DNA of 64,000 nucleotides from the human T2T-CHM13v2.0 reference genome, Homo sapiens, in assembly GCF_009914755.1 (NCBI RefSeq), contig NC_060927.1; one strand, given 5' to 3'. Shown here piece after piece: positions 41,751-59,259 of the stretch. The notes under the pieces were generated by a model. The model did not search any database and was not told the origin of the DNA. It saw only the letters and a program-made list of their open reading frames with translations. Numbering within the stretch: position 1 is the stretch's first letter; every line of letters starts with the position of its first letter. The position numbers and the translations under genes were made by a program.

Positions 41751-43689
41751 ATTCTCTCTATGACATTTATACATCAAGAGAGTGATTACTTGGCAGTAGA
41801 GAGGTCTGGGAGTTCTATGGACATTTAAAGAAAGAAACAATGTCTTTCACGTGAGATGCTATCGTGGAGATGAAATTTAAGCCTTGATGGGCAGGTAGGA
41901 AGAAGTAAAATAGTGTAAACCTTGTCATGGAGGTAAGAAAGGCAGAACATAGAAATGAAGTGAACATTTTTCTGATCACATTTTGATTGACATATAGATC
42001 TTTTGAGATTTGTCCATCATCTCTACTCTCATCCTATTAAAAAGAGGATTTAATTTTAGATTGACAGATGATGTCCTTGAAGATGATCAGGAAACATGGG
42101 AGAGAGCATTGCAGATTACAGATAAATTTGTCAAGAGAGTTATAATACATAACAAAATAAGATAGTAAGCCCCAAATTAGATGTATTCGCTTATGCTTTC
42201 ATCCATAAAAACCAGGGAAGATCTTGTCAGATGAACAAATCTGAAGTTCTTGGAAGTTTTGGGTAAATGCTTTAAAAATTAGAAAAATACAATAGGGATA
42301 AAGAAAATAATCAGTCTCGATTGTACGTAAGGTCTTACTTGCATATTCGTCATAAATTCAGCAATTTGTAAGTGGCAAGTTTTCATTACAGGACATATGT
42401 CTTGTTCTTATTGAAATGTGAGAGGAATAATATGGAAGATGCTAGGAAAAAACATATTTTACTTTGTGAAAAATTTAAAAAGTAATCTGACAATTCAAGT
42501 GTGACGAGGTATCCAAATCTATCTTTTTGTTTCTGGAAACATTCAGTGTACCAACATAAAGTAAAAGGAATTATCATCACGGACACCTTATAAGATGTAC
42601 ATGTCACTTTATCCTGTGAACACAGGCCCTTTGCTCCTGGAAAAGAAAGATAGAAAGGTTTGCCTTCCCATTCCCTGCTGCACACGCAGTACCTGCTGAA
42701 CCTAATGTTAGTTTGTCTTAGTAAGATATATTTGCAGTCTTCACAAATAAAAATTGTTCTAACTCACAAATGCTTAAAAAAAAAGAAACACTGCATGACA
42801 AATTTACTTCAAGATTAAATGCAAATTTGAATCAGGAGTATATTTCAGGGATTAATTGATGGAGTTCTGAAAATCAAGTTTAAAAATAAAAATCTTGATA
42901 CAACAAACCATGGCTTTTGGAGGTGAAAGGAATGTTTACTCTTGCTGAAGTTCGTTGGCAAATCTCCTCAGAACATCATGAAGAAAACATATTTCAGGAC
43001 TCAGGACTATGTTATCTTGATGTTTCACATTCCTGCCTCTTTGGGAAGTTGTAGTTATTATTCCAGAGTCTCGGGAGATTTGCTGTAAGATCTAAACTGC
43101 CACACTCTCCCTTTTTGAACTAGACATCCATAGTCAGGGTATGTATTTTAAGAATGCATATCTTTAATGAAAACAGTCTTTGTACTCTAGAATCTTCCCC
43201 GCAGCCTGACTCTGAAAATGGCCTGGTCTTCTTTTCATTTGATTTTTACAATCCAAGAAGTGTTCAGAGGAAGCGTTATATTTCTCTTTAAAACACACTG
43301 AGCATAAATTTAATTGGTAATAAAATGCATCAACCGTCTTCTCTAAGCAAAAAGTGAATAGCAGTAGTGTTATTCCGATGGTTTCTCATTGAGCTTTTCC
43401 TTCTTCACAACTTTTATTGGATATTGACTGAAGAAAAGAAAATTAAAAAAAATATAATCACAATGCTCAACACCTCAGAACTGAAGGGTTTTGTTAATCC
43501 CTAAGACATTATAACACCAAATGGAAATGGTGAACACAAAATATATGTGTTCTCTTTGCTTGTTCAACTTCTTAGGGCATTACACTCTGGAGTTAGTAAA
43601 ATGTATCTCTAGGTAGTATCTGGGTAGTAAATGGTATCTCTAAATACTATCTAGAGATAGTAAATGGTAGAAGTTCAATGAAGCTATAT

Positions 43690-43870
43690 GACCCTGAGTT
43701 AGTTCAAAACCTTGTTCTGCCACTAGCTATATAACCCTGGGTAGGTTAACTTACTACTCTAATCTCAGTTTGCAACCTGCGAATAGGCCTGATAGTGAAT
43801 AGTATCAGCCTCATAGGCAGTTTTGAGCATTAAGTACGTTCATATCTGTGAATTGCTTGGCTCTTTCTGT
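43690..43870 (+). mobile_element. MIR SINE
   Basis: ttcaaaaccttgttctgccactagctatataaccctgggtaggttaactt...ctcagttt. Confidence 0.7.
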
Positions 43871-44011
43871 GTCTTGCCCATAAGTTCTTAGAAAACATGA
43901 AAGCATATTGCTTTTATTCCCAAGTTACTAATGTGTATGTTAGAAACATTTTTCCTATATATGATTATTTTCAACTTTTTAGGTTTTAGGCAGATTTAGT
44001 TATAAATACTG

Positions 44012-44448
44012 TTTTAAGGTCAAGTTTCCTGGGAAACAGGCTACGAGGCAGAGATTTGCAGTTGAAGTTTATTATGGAGTGTAATTTGGATCAACAGTAG
44101 TAGCAGAGAGTGAAAGAATCAGGAACCAGCAGAAGGAGAGCCTGAGCTGTCACAATATCTCACAATCCCTTGATCTGATGGGTTGGAATGGCTCTTAAGG
44201 TTGTCCCAGTTTAGACAGAGGGGATCAGGTCTTTTTACACCCCTCACATTGATGAGTCCTTGAATGCAAGATGCAGCTCTGGATGGGAAGGGGAATAATC
44301 TTGGGCCAGGTGGCTCTTTTGGGCTGAGGGTGCTGCCCAGATGGTGACTCATCTGGCAGCTGACATTCACCAAAACGATCAAGAGCTGGAAGAGTGAGTG
44401 TCCAGTCCCAAACAGGGCACCTAGTGATGCACCAGTGTACCATCACAT
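44012..44448 (-). mobile_element. ERVL solo LTR (LTR16A-like)
   Basis: aggtcaagtttcctgggaaacaggct...gagatttgc...aagtttatatgg start and ...catcaca terminus. Confidence 0.7.
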
Positions 44449-44829
44449 GTGCATATATAATATTATTTGCATTCATTATGAATGTCTCGATTTGTTTTGT
44501 AATAGATCTCCCAGGCTCAGATTGAGAAAAACATAAAACAATTTTTATTACAATACCAAAATTAACTGGCTAATTAAAAAAAAAAAAAAGCATTTTCCTA
44601 GGCATTTGCCTCCTTATCTCCTGAAAGGTACACTGTGTGAATTTTAATGTTTTAGCTTGTCATCTTTTAAGTGTGGATACAATCTCTGAATTTGTGAGTT
44701 AATGTTTGAACATTTTATAATTACTGTAACCTTCTTCCAAATCTAGCTTCCTATGAGCCTTTTGTTTTCATTTTTCATGGCATAGATAGCATTATAAGAA
44801 AAATAAGGGGACTTTTAAATGAAACTTCA

Positions 44830-45110
44830 TTATTCCATATTAAGATATCAACTGTATTTATTTTTTCTAATTACCACGTTCTCCTTCCTAGTATGCTAAT
44901 GTACCTTATATAGGCATATTTATAGTAAGTAGTTTACATTAGTTTTTATTTAACTTAACATTACATCCTAAATATTTTCATGTGACTAATTTTTACAATA
45001 GTAATTTTAATAGAAGCACAAGAGTCCAATGAATTGATGTGCTATCTATTGCTTAACTATTCTCTTAGCCTTTGGCTTTCAGCCTATTACCAGGTTTTGC
45101 CTACAAAATC
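44830..45110 (-). mobile_element. Old L1 (L1ME-like) fragment
   Basis: ttaacttaacatt...aatattttcatg...ttttaatagaagcaca...cttaactattctc. Confidence 0.45.
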
Positions 45111-45129
45111 ATACTATAAGTTATACATT

Positions 45130-46070
45130 TTCTAACTCAGCAATTCAGTTAGATTCACTAAGCAGTAACAGTCAATGCTGGCTCATGCTATTAAAAGGAG
45201 GCAGACATAACAAACATAAAACTTAATCTTTCCCTCAGAAGTACTTATGAATGAAAATGAGAGACTTATTTACTATAAATGGAAGTAAATAAGTATCCAC
45301 AAAATTAAACATGACCAGTGATATGCTGGACCAGAGATAGGAGCAATTATTTCTAATTGTGCAGGAAGAAAAGACTTCATAGAGGAGGAAGATTTTAAGC
45401 TAGGCTTTTCAGGATGTGTAAAATTTAGACAAGGAAAAAGGATGATCAGGGCATTTTGAGCTAAAATAAAAGTAACAGCAAGATAAAAGGATATAAAAGC
45501 AATTTACAGATATAAGAAACTATGAGTCATCTGGTACGGGTGGCTTATATGAGATGAAGAGGTGACAGGAAAGAATAATTTAGAGTCATATATTCCAGGA
45601 ACTTGACCTCCATACTATAAAGAGTTTCAATTCCTCTGTAAGCAAAAATATAATTTTTTGAACCGAATAGGGCCATGATTAGATTAGTGCTTCAGTAGAA
45701 AGATGGTTGCATTGATATGAAGCAAGGTAGAAGACTTATATCCCTGTTAGAAAGATATTGCCCAAGTTCAAGGAAAGTTTATTAACTTATTCTTTTATTT
45801 TTTGTTCTTTCCTTCATTCATAATTCATGAGTATATAATCACCTTAGCAGGGTGTTAGACCTTGGGGCTGTTAAGATAAAAATCAATATCTATTTAAAAT
45901 TATACATTTGTTCAACAAATATAAATTGAGAGCCTACTTTGTGCTAGATGAATGAATCAGAGCAGAATTTACTTCAGTCATTGACCTTAAGTTCTGAGTC
46001 TGAATAGTGCATAGCATGTGGTGATTACAGACCAATGTGTTAGAGATATGAATAGAACACTAAAGTCCTT
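45130..46070 (-). mobile_element. L2 fragments
   Basis: aaagacttcatagaggaggaagattttaagctaggc; catttgttcaacaaatataaattgagagcctactttgtgctag. Confidence 0.6.
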
Positions 46071-47087
46071 CACTATGTGACATTTCGCAGAAGAGATTAT
46101 ACAGACCCTCTAAATGATCCTTCATCCCAACCGTTCTCTTCAATGAAGCATCTCTGTTTGCTTATATTTCCCCTCTTGTCTACAAACAGAAACAAAGTTG
46201 AAATCTGGAAATCCAAACTTAAATGATACAGTATGAAGGCCAAGTAATCCGTCTGCTTGAGGATCTAGAAGGAATTAGAATACTTTGAGACTTTTCATGC
46301 TGTGTTGCTGAGTTTATTGAAACATTTCTACTTTTGTGAGAAAACAAGGTGCAAGAAATCAAGCCATCAAAATGCAAAATAGAATCTCAAGAAATCAGAA
46401 TGTTTATCCAGTAGCAAAAATCTCAGGAATTTATTGAGATTCTGTTGTGCATTTTAACAGTGTTACTCCTAGTCTAAAGTGGAATTTGGTTCTGTCTCCT
46501 GCTCCTCCCATCTGTGGGTTGCCCTCAACTTTGTTCTCACTCAGACATAGACCAGGATACCATGCTATTGTTACTCTATCACTTAGGTTTCATAATCATG
46601 AATCAACCAATGCTCCAAAGAAAACTGCTCTGAGAAAAGACATATTTCAAAAGCTTTTTCAGAACTAATGTAGTAATAGTAATTCATTCTTATATATTAC
46701 CTGCTACGGCTAAATCGAATGCTTGATAAAATATAAGAAAGCTCAAACCAGATTACATTTGAAATATATCATTTGGGAAAACATGTTTTAATTTGAAGAC
46801 ACATTGAAAGTGATTAGCTACATTAAAGATTTCAAAATATGCATTGTATTATTCTGCCGTATCATAAGTGGTCTATCAGCCACAATAAAGTTTAAAAAAA
46901 AAGCTTATATCCAGGTAAATCATCTTTTGCTTTGAAAAGACAAAATTATTTCTCAGAATTATTTTCTAATTAATGTAACTTTATTTGATAGGTCAAGGCA
47001 GGAGTTAACTACCTTTCTGTTGGTGTAATTAGCTTCCCATGTCTCTGGAGGAGCTAAGTATATGCAGATAAGAAAATGAACAAGGTA

Positions 47088-47912
<825 letters not shown>

Positions 47913-48559
47913 ATTTCTGCTTAAAACATCTTTTTCCTGTACTCCACATTTTGCAGATATGTTCTGAGTTAATAAATCTTTTAAGCTGTGTAAATATACC
48001 CTCTGAGAGAGAAGAATAACAAAACAGAACATTCCCAACAAACTAAAATGACCACAGATCCAGTAACTAAAATTCAACAACCAGATTGCCTGTGTGTATG
48101 TTGTTTTTCAAGGTAGCCAAGGCATCATGAGCATCTCTATCAATGTCATTCTTTCCATACCCAAAGGAGTGCAATTCCAAGATGTTGAAACTGCTGAGAC
48201 CAAGCTCTGGCTGGAGGTCTAATTTCCACAAGTAAGACGCTTAGGTAGCAAGATAGAAAAGGAGACTTAGTAGGAGCATTTGCTTGGAACGAAGGATTTT
48301 AATGTGTTTGATTGGTTCAGAGATCAGATGCAGAGCAGAGGCTACAAGAGCAAACCACTGTTCAGGATACTCACACAAAGGGACTGACACTGGAGCTGAT
48401 CTAGCTGCAGTTCAGCTACAAATCTGATTGGGATTTTAATCCAGATATTTAGAGCATACAGGTGGCCTAAAGGAAACCTACTAACCCTGTCTATTTATAA
48501 AAACCAAGTCTGGGTAATTTTCTCCTAATTTTGGATAAATGGTAAACAAACAAACAAAA

Positions 48560-49335
48560 AACATAGTACCCTATGAAAGCCATCCAGTAGCAAAAATGAA
48601 AAGGAACAATGTCCTGAAGACAAGAGGAAGAGCAGACCTCTGAAGATTATTTATAACAGGAACCAGAGAAAATTTAAAAGACTGTTTATCATACTTAATC
48701 TGATTTAAGAAGTCATTGCTTTTAGTAAACAGGAAAAGAAAGCCACAAAATAGACAAGCTGAGATAAAGGGACAACAGGATGAGATGAAAAGAAGACAGG
48801 ATATGAGGCCAAGGCAACAAGCTGGGATGAAATGGGAGCTCACAGTGAGATAAAGGAGGTGCCGAGGGAGTCCAGCAGAAATTCAAAATTAAAACCATTT
48901 TCATGTCAATTCCTCCATATACATACACATCCCATAACGGCACATAGAAGAACAGAAGAAAGTAATAAAAGATATACAGGACAAGTGAAGGAGATACAAA
49001 CGAAAAATTTTGAGTTTCTGGAAAGAAACTAGATTAACTGGAACAGAAGTAGTAATTAAAGATGCAATTGAAGAAAACTGTCCTAAACTAGGGGGTTGAA
49101 GAGGAAAGGGGTGGGGGAACTAGCAATGCAGATTACAGGGGCTGACCATGATCCAGGCAACATTATTTAAAGGACAATTAGACATATATCCTGATATTTT
49201 TAAATTATAAGAAAATAGATTGAGATGCATTCAGAAACAAAAAATACAAGTTATCTATAAAGCAATTAATATTTACTTGGCCCCATAGAATAACTTGTAA
49301 CACTAAATTTCAAAGAATGATGAAGCAGATTTAGA
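48560..49335 (+). mobile_element. Ancient L1 ORF1-like remnant (HAL1/L1M)
   Basis: A-rich text with taattaaagatgcaattgaagaaaactgtcctaaact and gcagattacaggggctgaccatgatccagg, resembling the ORF1 IxENFP...QIxxAHR region; no intact frame. Confidence 0.55.
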
Positions 49336-49509
49336 GTAGTGTTCATTCATTCGACAAATAAGCTTCTAGTGTGAGCCCAGCATTGTGTTGGGTACTGAAA
49401 ATACAATAATGTAAACTCTTAGAACCTGAAATGATCTGTATATGGAATTAAAGGTAATTCGTCATCACAATTACATAAAAGGTTTATGTAAAGGTATAAG
49501 CATCACAAC

Positions 49510-49642
49510 TATTTATATGCTGGGCTCTACCCTGCAGTTTCTGACTCAGTAGGTCCAGGACAGGTCCCAGTAACTTGCGTTTCTAAGTTCCCAGGTGATG
49601 CTGATGTAGCTAGTACCAGAATCACACATTGAGAACCACTGA
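49510..49642. mobile_element. MER5A fragment
   Basis: gtttctgactcagtaggtc...aagttcccaggtgatgctgatg...ttgagaaccactg. Confidence 0.85.
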
Positions 49643-50154
49643 TTTGCATTAACAAAAATTTGCGAGGGAATAGAACAGAAATGTTCCACTGCAGTGGAAT
49701 TATTACATCATTTTAGTCACTGAAATAAACAGCCTTAAAGATTATTTAATACTGTATAAAAATCACAATCACACAATATTGCATAGATAAGTCAGTGTGT
49801 GAGACTTGACATATTAAGCTCTTTACAGAAAGTGGTTAAAAAAGGAAGAGATAGCTATCCAATAAACAAAGATAGTGAGGAAATCCAAAAATTGTTGACA
49901 GTGATTATCTCTAGACTATATCCTTATAGTTAAATATTTTCATCTTTTTACTGTATTTTCTAAATAATTGTGCATTAATTTTATATTGAGAAAAAGAAAA
50001 AAAATCTCCAGAAGACCCAGTTCAAATATTGTCTTCTTGGTAAAGCTCCTACCAGTCCCCTATACCATTAACTCAAGTGCCAGCTATGAATTCTGTTATT
50101 GCACCATAAAAGCATTCATCACCTTCTTTGTCTTTCATTAAAAACTAACTATTC

Positions 50155-50302
<148 letters not shown>

Positions 50303-51484
50303 CTATTCATGTTAGTACTTTAAAAGTTCTGAAGAGTCTCAGTTTTTAAAAAGGCTTGTTTATTCTTGCTTGTTCCAGGATTTTCAAACTTGTCTACAAA
50401 ACTATATAAACCATCTATTAATGTTCTGCAAGTAAGTGGTCCACACAGTGGAGTTAGCCACCAATTTGCATTTATTGAATGAATGAATGAATGAATGAAA
50501 TCAATGAACCAATGAATCATTGCCTAAAATACACAGAATACCTATTTATTAATATGTTTCCTAGTGGTGAACCTAAATAAAGAGCTTTCTTTCAAAGGGC
50601 ATTAACAATTTTACTTGTGTTTACTTATGCTTCTCATTTCCAAAGTACTCAAGATAGAGTGTCTCCTGGGTGCAGGGCATTCTGACATACAAAAGCATCT
50701 TATTTTACATGGTCTTATGTCAGCCAAGTGTTAGTGCATTACATCCTCACTTATCTCAGCCTTCAAAAATATTTAAATCACTTGTCATAGATGATTGTGT
50801 ATCTACATGATCATTATTTAAATTTAACCAAGAGTGATAATTTCATACAATATGGGCAAAAAATGATAATAGGAGAATCCAAGCATCCTCTTACAGAAAC
50901 ATACAAATACCAGATGGAGTTTCCTGCATTTTGAAAGTTGATGACACTGTATTTCCAAACAAATATTGTATGCCAAAAATAAGAGCCCATCTGGAATTTT
51001 ATAATTAATTATTTTCTCTGCCAAAAAATTTCTTCCCCACTTTAGTGGCTATATTCCATCCCATTACTAACTCGGATCATGGGATTTCTTATGGTCCTTT
51101 ATGTTTTTCAGGAGTTACATACAAATATTTTAAAAGTATGGAAATATTTGATAACTTAGCAACAAAAGTAGGATGGAATGCAATCAGATGTAAACAGCAT
51201 GCTTCCCAGCACAAACATACATCACCAAAGACAAATAGAAACAAAAGTCTCTGACATAAGGGAACAGTCATTATTAAAATTTAAATTCACTGTTATTTTC
51301 ACGTAAGGGTTGCAAAATGCTTCTCCCGCAACACCGCATATACAGCAAGTGGCCCCAAGTAGTTTGTTCAATAACATACAATGGAATTAAAGAATGTTGT
51401 GATTTTGAAAGAGAAGAAGAATCCGGGGGTGACTGAAATTAAAGATGGTCATTTTGTTGTATAAACTCTGTTTTTTAAATGTCT

Positions 51485-52742
<1,258 letters not shown>

Positions 52743-52974
52743 TATGAGAAACACAGTGTAGTATTAACTGATAATAAAGAGAAGCCTTTGTAAAGTTAGT
52801 GTTCTTTTTAAACATGATTTAGTTATTCAACTTTAGCATCCTGTAATTCTAATTTTCAGAGCTGGAAGCCTTAGAATATTAGAAATCCAAGATTTTGAAT
52901 GATTTTTGTTTGTTTACAACAGCCAGACATATCCCAGGCAAGCAATAGAATTTAGCGTGGCTGGATGGGCCCTG

Positions 52975-53236
52975 CAATAAACTGATATAAGCATGAGCAA
53001 ACTGAAGAAAACGGCAGCCCCTACTCAGTGATAGTTAACTATTTTCACCCAGGCTTACTGCTGCCCGATCTTCTGATTGTTAAAGAGAAGCTGAAAATCT
53101 GATTCTTATCTGAAATTTCTCAACTTTGAAAGTACGTTTCAGAGAATTAAAATGCATTTAAAAATTTTAAAAATAGTGCTGACCAAAGAGATCACATCTG
53201 TACACTGGCTCTACTACATGGGCCACTGGTCTACAA
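52975..53236. mobile_element. MER103C-like hAT relic
   Basis: gatcttctgattgttaaagagaagctgaaaatctgattcttatctgaaatttctc...cacatctgt...gggccactggt. Confidence 0.6.
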
Positions 53237-54489
53237 GGAAGAAACTACGATGTTGATTATGGAGTCACCTGTGTCAAGTGAGGACTTGCTACCTCCAAGG
53301 ACTATTCTAGGGGTCTACCTGAACCAAGGAATAACTTATTTTCCCTTCGATATACTTGATATATGGTTACTTGGTTATCAAGTTCCAAATATACTGTTAG
53401 ACCTTTTGAGGATCTATCTTGAGTTGTTAATTGCCTTCAGGGAGGATCTGCCGGTATCACCTTTCCTCCTTCTCCATAGATTGCTCCTTGTGCATGTATC
53501 CCAGCCTAGCTATATCCTGCTCTAACCCATACTCACTCATCATAAGCATAGGTTATCTTTGAGTAGAAGACTAAATCAATCTCTAGGCAAAATTATTGTG
53601 TGTTAAAAATATAATTCCTACAGGGGAAGCCATTCTTGAAATATCAACATTTCTAGATAGTTTTGTGTTTTTAGCTTAAAGATGCCACTTAAAGTACTGG
53701 AGGATGGAGACATGTCTGGAAGAAAAGCATAGAAGGAAAAAAAAGGCAGAAAGAGGCAAAGTTATGGGGTTTATATGGTTGTAGATTTAACGCTTTGATC
53801 TGGAAAAGACAGTGCAGGACATGGTCTCCTGTGATTCTGGCCTATGAATTGATAGATAAACCTCTAGAATAGCAGGTCATTGTAAAAGACTGCCTTTTCC
53901 CAGTCATAATCTTTCTTCTATCCCATTCCCAAAAACCTTCCTGAAAAGTAACCTATAGGTCTACAGAAAAGAATGTTATTATTTCATAAATCTGAGCCAG
54001 AACTATTTCCATTACTTTGAAAGATGTAGAAGAAGAAAGATACATATTAACGGACAAAACACTCTCCTAAATTGCTTGGATATTTCAAGCTTTAATTCTA
54101 TTGTCAATTACCTAAAATGACTGTGACCAGCATGGGTCTGTTCATTTATTCAACCAATATTTCTTTAGTACCTGCCACATTCCAGACATTTCTGCAGGGG
54201 GTAAAGACACTGTAGAGATTCAACAGCTAGCTGAAACCTCAACCAGTTTCAGGCAATTCTTACATCTTTGATCTTTATCATCAAAAAAGGAGCCCATAGT
54301 ACTAATTACACGGGAACAAAACACTTTAATGTATTTTTCACCTATTTATTCAATTAATATTTATTGAGGGCTTACATTATACCAGTTACTCTTCTAAATA
54401 CAAGACACCAAAAAATAACTTTTTAAAAAAACTTCCTGTTTCCATTATGTGTAAATATTATAATTGGATGTATATTTAATAGAAAATGT

Positions 54490-54829
54490 TGACTGGGCGT
54501 GGTGACTCATGGCTATAATCCCAGTACTTTGGGATGCCAAGACAGGAGGACCACTTGGGGCCAGGAGTTAAAGAGCAGTCTGGGCAACATAGAGATACTC
54601 TGTCTCTACAAAAAATTAGCCAGGTATTGTGGCATGTACCTGTGGTTTCAGCTCCTCAGGAGGTTGAGGTGAGAGCATCATTTGAGCCTGGAAGATTGAG
54701 GCCGTAGTGAGCTATGGTCACACCACTGCTCTCAACAGTGTGAGATGCTGTCAAAAAAAAAAAAAGAAAAAGAAAAAAGAAGAGAAGAAAAGAAAGAAGG
54801 AAAGGTAGAAAGAAAAGAAGGAAAGAAAA
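54490..54829 (+). mobile_element. AluJ with purine-rich tail
   Basis: TSD agaaaatgtt. Confidence 0.9.
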
Positions 54830-54926
54830 TGTTTCTACATTTGTGATTGAGTCTTTTAAAACATATGTATGTCACATGAAACCCACCTGCATAATTTCAC
54901 ATTGCATATGTAGCTAATCTATATTA

Positions 54927-55265
<339 letters not shown>

Positions 55266-56807
55266 CTAGGTTACCTTATGTACAAATTGGAAGTCATAAT
55301 ATTAATAAAGTTATAGGACTTAAATGAGATAAACTAGGAAAAGAAATTAGTATATAGCATATAGTATGTACCCTTTATTTTTATTATTATGTAAATATTG
55401 ATATGTATATTTTGGACACTGGAGTTTGGTTTTGTCTACCTCAAACCAGAAGGTTTACACTACCTTGCAGAAACTTCGTGGGAGAAGAGTTGGAATATTT
55501 CCCTCCAGCTGTACCTTATGTTTCAGAATAGAATTCATCCTGCTGTAATGTGTCAGCTTAGGCAGGTCAGTTTCTTTAAAGACAATGCCATAGTTTGGGC
55601 TTAGATACAAGTCAATTCTATCAATTCCAAGAAAAAAAAAAGAATATCTTTAAAAATCAATCTCAAAATATTTCATCGAAGCTGTTGCTGCTTTGCTTCC
55701 TAGACAAGGATGCTTTAGGCAGCAGGAGTTTCCTTTAGATTTTTTCATCCTTTCCTTTCTCCTAAGGGCAGAAATTAAGCATTCTTAGGTTGATCTTTTT
55801 CTTCCTTGTGTAATTCAAGACCAGAGGGAATTTCAAGCTTCCTGTTCATCAGCAAAATAAACTGATATAAAATGAAGAGGGAAATTTATTCTCCCCTCAT
55901 CACCAGTTTAGAAAAGGAAAGTTAAATTATGTTCCAAACGTTTATCTTGTATATGGTATTTGATAAGTGGTTGAAGGAGCTTATTGTACAGTGTAAAGGA
56001 GAGCTCTCAAAAACTTAGAGGGAATGAGTTATTAATGTGTTATAAATGCACCATAAAGAAAAAACTTCTGGCTTGTGACACTGTTTGTGAATTTTTGTGT
56101 GTTTGAAAACATTTCCAAGGTCATGTTTTTAAGGGCAGGACTTGAAAACAGTGATTTCACTATGGAATTCTGGCATTCTCTAAACAGGACTTCTTTGTGA
56201 GCACCCTTGATCTTGGTATTTTTTGTCTCTTCAAGATGAGCTATGAGCTCACCTATTTTTGTTTTCCTTCTGCTGAGCAATACTGTTCCTGGGCTCTTTT
56301 GTTAAGTCACAATAAACTAGGCAAGCAACCAGGAGGTCCTTGACACAAAGTCCTTTATTGATCTGAAAACCACACTGTGCTAACCTCACCTTAAAATCCT
56401 ATAGCATAAATCTCTAGTTCCTCAAAAACAGCCAAAGTATTAACACCAAAACACTAGATATCCTTGTTTTCAATGCATATTTGACAATTTAGAAAAGGTA
56501 GTTCTTTATGAAAAAAATTGTTTTCTTTTTAGTTTTAAACTTTTATGTCCAACATCTTCCAGGTCTCTCTTGAAGATAAATGTTTTGCCCTTTTGTGCCA
56601 AAGAGCACAAAAATACAGTCAGGCCAATGTCATGATTGTAGGGTTGGAGTTGCAAATTTATAAGATTCTATGATGCTCCTTAAATTATAATATAAAAGTA
56701 TTTTATAATAAGAGAGGCAAGGAATTGTGTATCAGAGAGTTATGAGAATTATAATGCCTGAAGTTATATATGTGACCAAATGAAAGGCTTTTAATTTGTT
56801 AGGAATT

Positions 56808-57140
56808 TGCTCATTCATTCACTTACTTATTGACTCGTTCATTCAATGGCTAGTATGAGCCAGAATGTGTGGTAAGATGATATAGTTACAAACAAAACCA
56901 TTCTGTTCTCTATGATCTTGGCACTTACAGCCTCTTAGGGTAAAATATAATAATCATATAAACAAATAAAATAATCCACAAATTATGCCCACTGCAATGA
57001 AGGACATTAACAGCATGCTGTGATAGACACTAATGGAGGAGAAGAATTCAGCTCCTGTACAATCCTGGGGAGTGAGTGCTCCAGTCAAAAGCAACAGCAG
57101 GTGCAAAAGCCTCAATGTGGCCAAAATATAGTAAAGCAGT
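56808..57140 (-). mobile_element. L2 3' fragment
   Basis: (CATT)n-like start, agcaggtgcaaaagcctcaatgtgg. Confidence 0.6.
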
Positions 57141-57399
57141 AGAAGAGTAGCATGCAAATTGATGTAAAAATTGTGAAGCTCTACGTAACACATAGGTGAT
57201 GTTGCCTGTCCTGCACTGTTCTACATGATACCTTCCCCAGTGTCTCCACTTTGGTCAAGATTACATGTCCCCGTTAATTGCTTGAATTCACCCTTTACTT
57301 ACCTGTCCCCAAATATTTGTTCATACTTGAATGCTATTTCTCCCTCATGTCTAAATGTTGTCATTCTGCAAAGCAAAATGCAAAAAAAAAAAAAAAAAA

Positions 57400-57675
57400 A
57401 TTAGGGAAAAAGAGTATACATTGTGCGATTCAATTAATGGAAGATTCTAGAAAATGCCAAATTCATCTGTAATGACAGATGCCTGGTTGCTGGGGGTGTG
57501 TGTGGAGGTGGCTGCAAAGAGGTACAAATGGAATTTGGGGGATGATGAAAGAGTTCTGTATCTTGATCGTTATGGTGGTTATGCAGGTGGATTATCTGTC
57601 AAAACTCAACAAACTGTACACTGAAATGGCATTTATCATATGCAAGTTATATCTTAAATAAGTTGATTAAAAAGT
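57400..57675 (+). mobile_element. L1ME 3' end
   Basis: gagtatacattgtgcgattcaatt...gttctgtatcttgat...tgtcaaaactca...gcaagttatatcttaaataag. Confidence 0.8.
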
Positions 57676-59259
57676 TATAGAATAAGAAAAACAATAAAAA
57701 GCTTAAATTCATCTTCTCCATTATCTCTCTAATAAGAAATAACCTTTCTTTCTATCATCATGGCATGTACTGTTCATGTGTTATAGGTTTTTGTATTTGT
57801 GATAAGCATACCACATAGAGCCCTCAGTGAATGTCATGATGTTAAAGTGACTATTTCTTCATTGGGTTTGCATATTACCTTATGAGAGAAATCACGTCTC
57901 ATTTGTACTTTTCTCCCCCCACAGCACCTAGCTTAGAATACATAAAAGAACCTCACTGAGCATTTGGTAAATCAATAGCAATATTTTTATATTTACATCC
58001 TGACTGGTTCCCAAAAAGGATGAGCAGGAAAAGAAATTGATTTCCAGGAGTTGATAAATGAATAGACTGTTCTTGGCACTGGAGCCCACATCCTGTCTCC
58101 ATATGTAAAAATTGGTGGTAGAAAAGGGTTTTCAACCTACCTTCTTCACACTCATGCTTACTTACTGATTTAATGAAATGCTTGTGATGGTTTCTGTGTT
58201 CTCCAGTAGGTAAACGCTATACAGACCCTCTGCATTATCCTTCTTAATAGTCCATTATTCCTCTGTAGAGAGTCCAGTGGTAGAATCAGCGTTGCCAAGC
58301 TGCAAGGAGGGGACACAAAAGTGTTATAGGAAGGTGACATTTATGCCCCATTATGAGTGAAGGAAAATCGAAGGAGCAATAGTGGTCTATTGCATAACTG
58401 CCCCTGTTGGGTTGTTATGAGGAGAACTGTGTAAATCAGCCCTCATGTGCTTATCCTTGAGAAATTCTTTTTCCCCTTTCCTCATAGCCTCTCTCTGTGC
58501 AATTTTTGGTGTTCTCAACTGGCCGATTACCTAGAATATTAGCTTTTCAAAATATGACACAGAAGTTCACCAATTCCTTCCAACTCATAACACTTTAAAA
58601 TTGCAATTCCAAATTATTCCTGTAAAAATAGCTGATCTTTATGACTCCTAGGGGATTTCTTATTTTAATCTGAAACCTTCAGAAATGGTTCAGTTTTGTG
58701 AAAATGATGGGGGAATGTCTGCCCTTAGCAGTTTTTGTGTTCAAGGGCAAATCAACCTCTGTGCTTGCTAACTTTAATTTTCCAAGGGTTATGAGACTTT
58801 AATTTGATTCTTTATCCAGTGTGCATAAAATGTTCACTGGAATTTGCATAATACATTTATTGTATAATCATTCTTCACATTGGTTACCTGCTTCCTCAAA
58901 TGAACATTACTTTTTTAAAGAGATGAATTAATGTAGGGCCAATTTGAACTTAGTAACTAAACAGAATTAAATATATCTCTGATGAACAAACATAAAAGAG
59001 ACAGGGAAGGAGAGCAGATACTTGTTCTGAAATAGGCTATTATGAGAAAATAGCCCCAGTCCTGTATTTTTAAATATTCATTTTGTACATATAAGCAGGA
59101 GAATAATTGCTGTCTTTAAAAATATAAAGATTTGTTATGTGAAGAAAGGAATACATTTGTCTGGTTTCTCTTAGAATGTATTTAAAACAAACGAATTAAA
59201 TTAAGGTGCTAAATTTCAGCACAGTCTAAAAAGATGAGGGAGTTGGAGAGAGAAAATGC

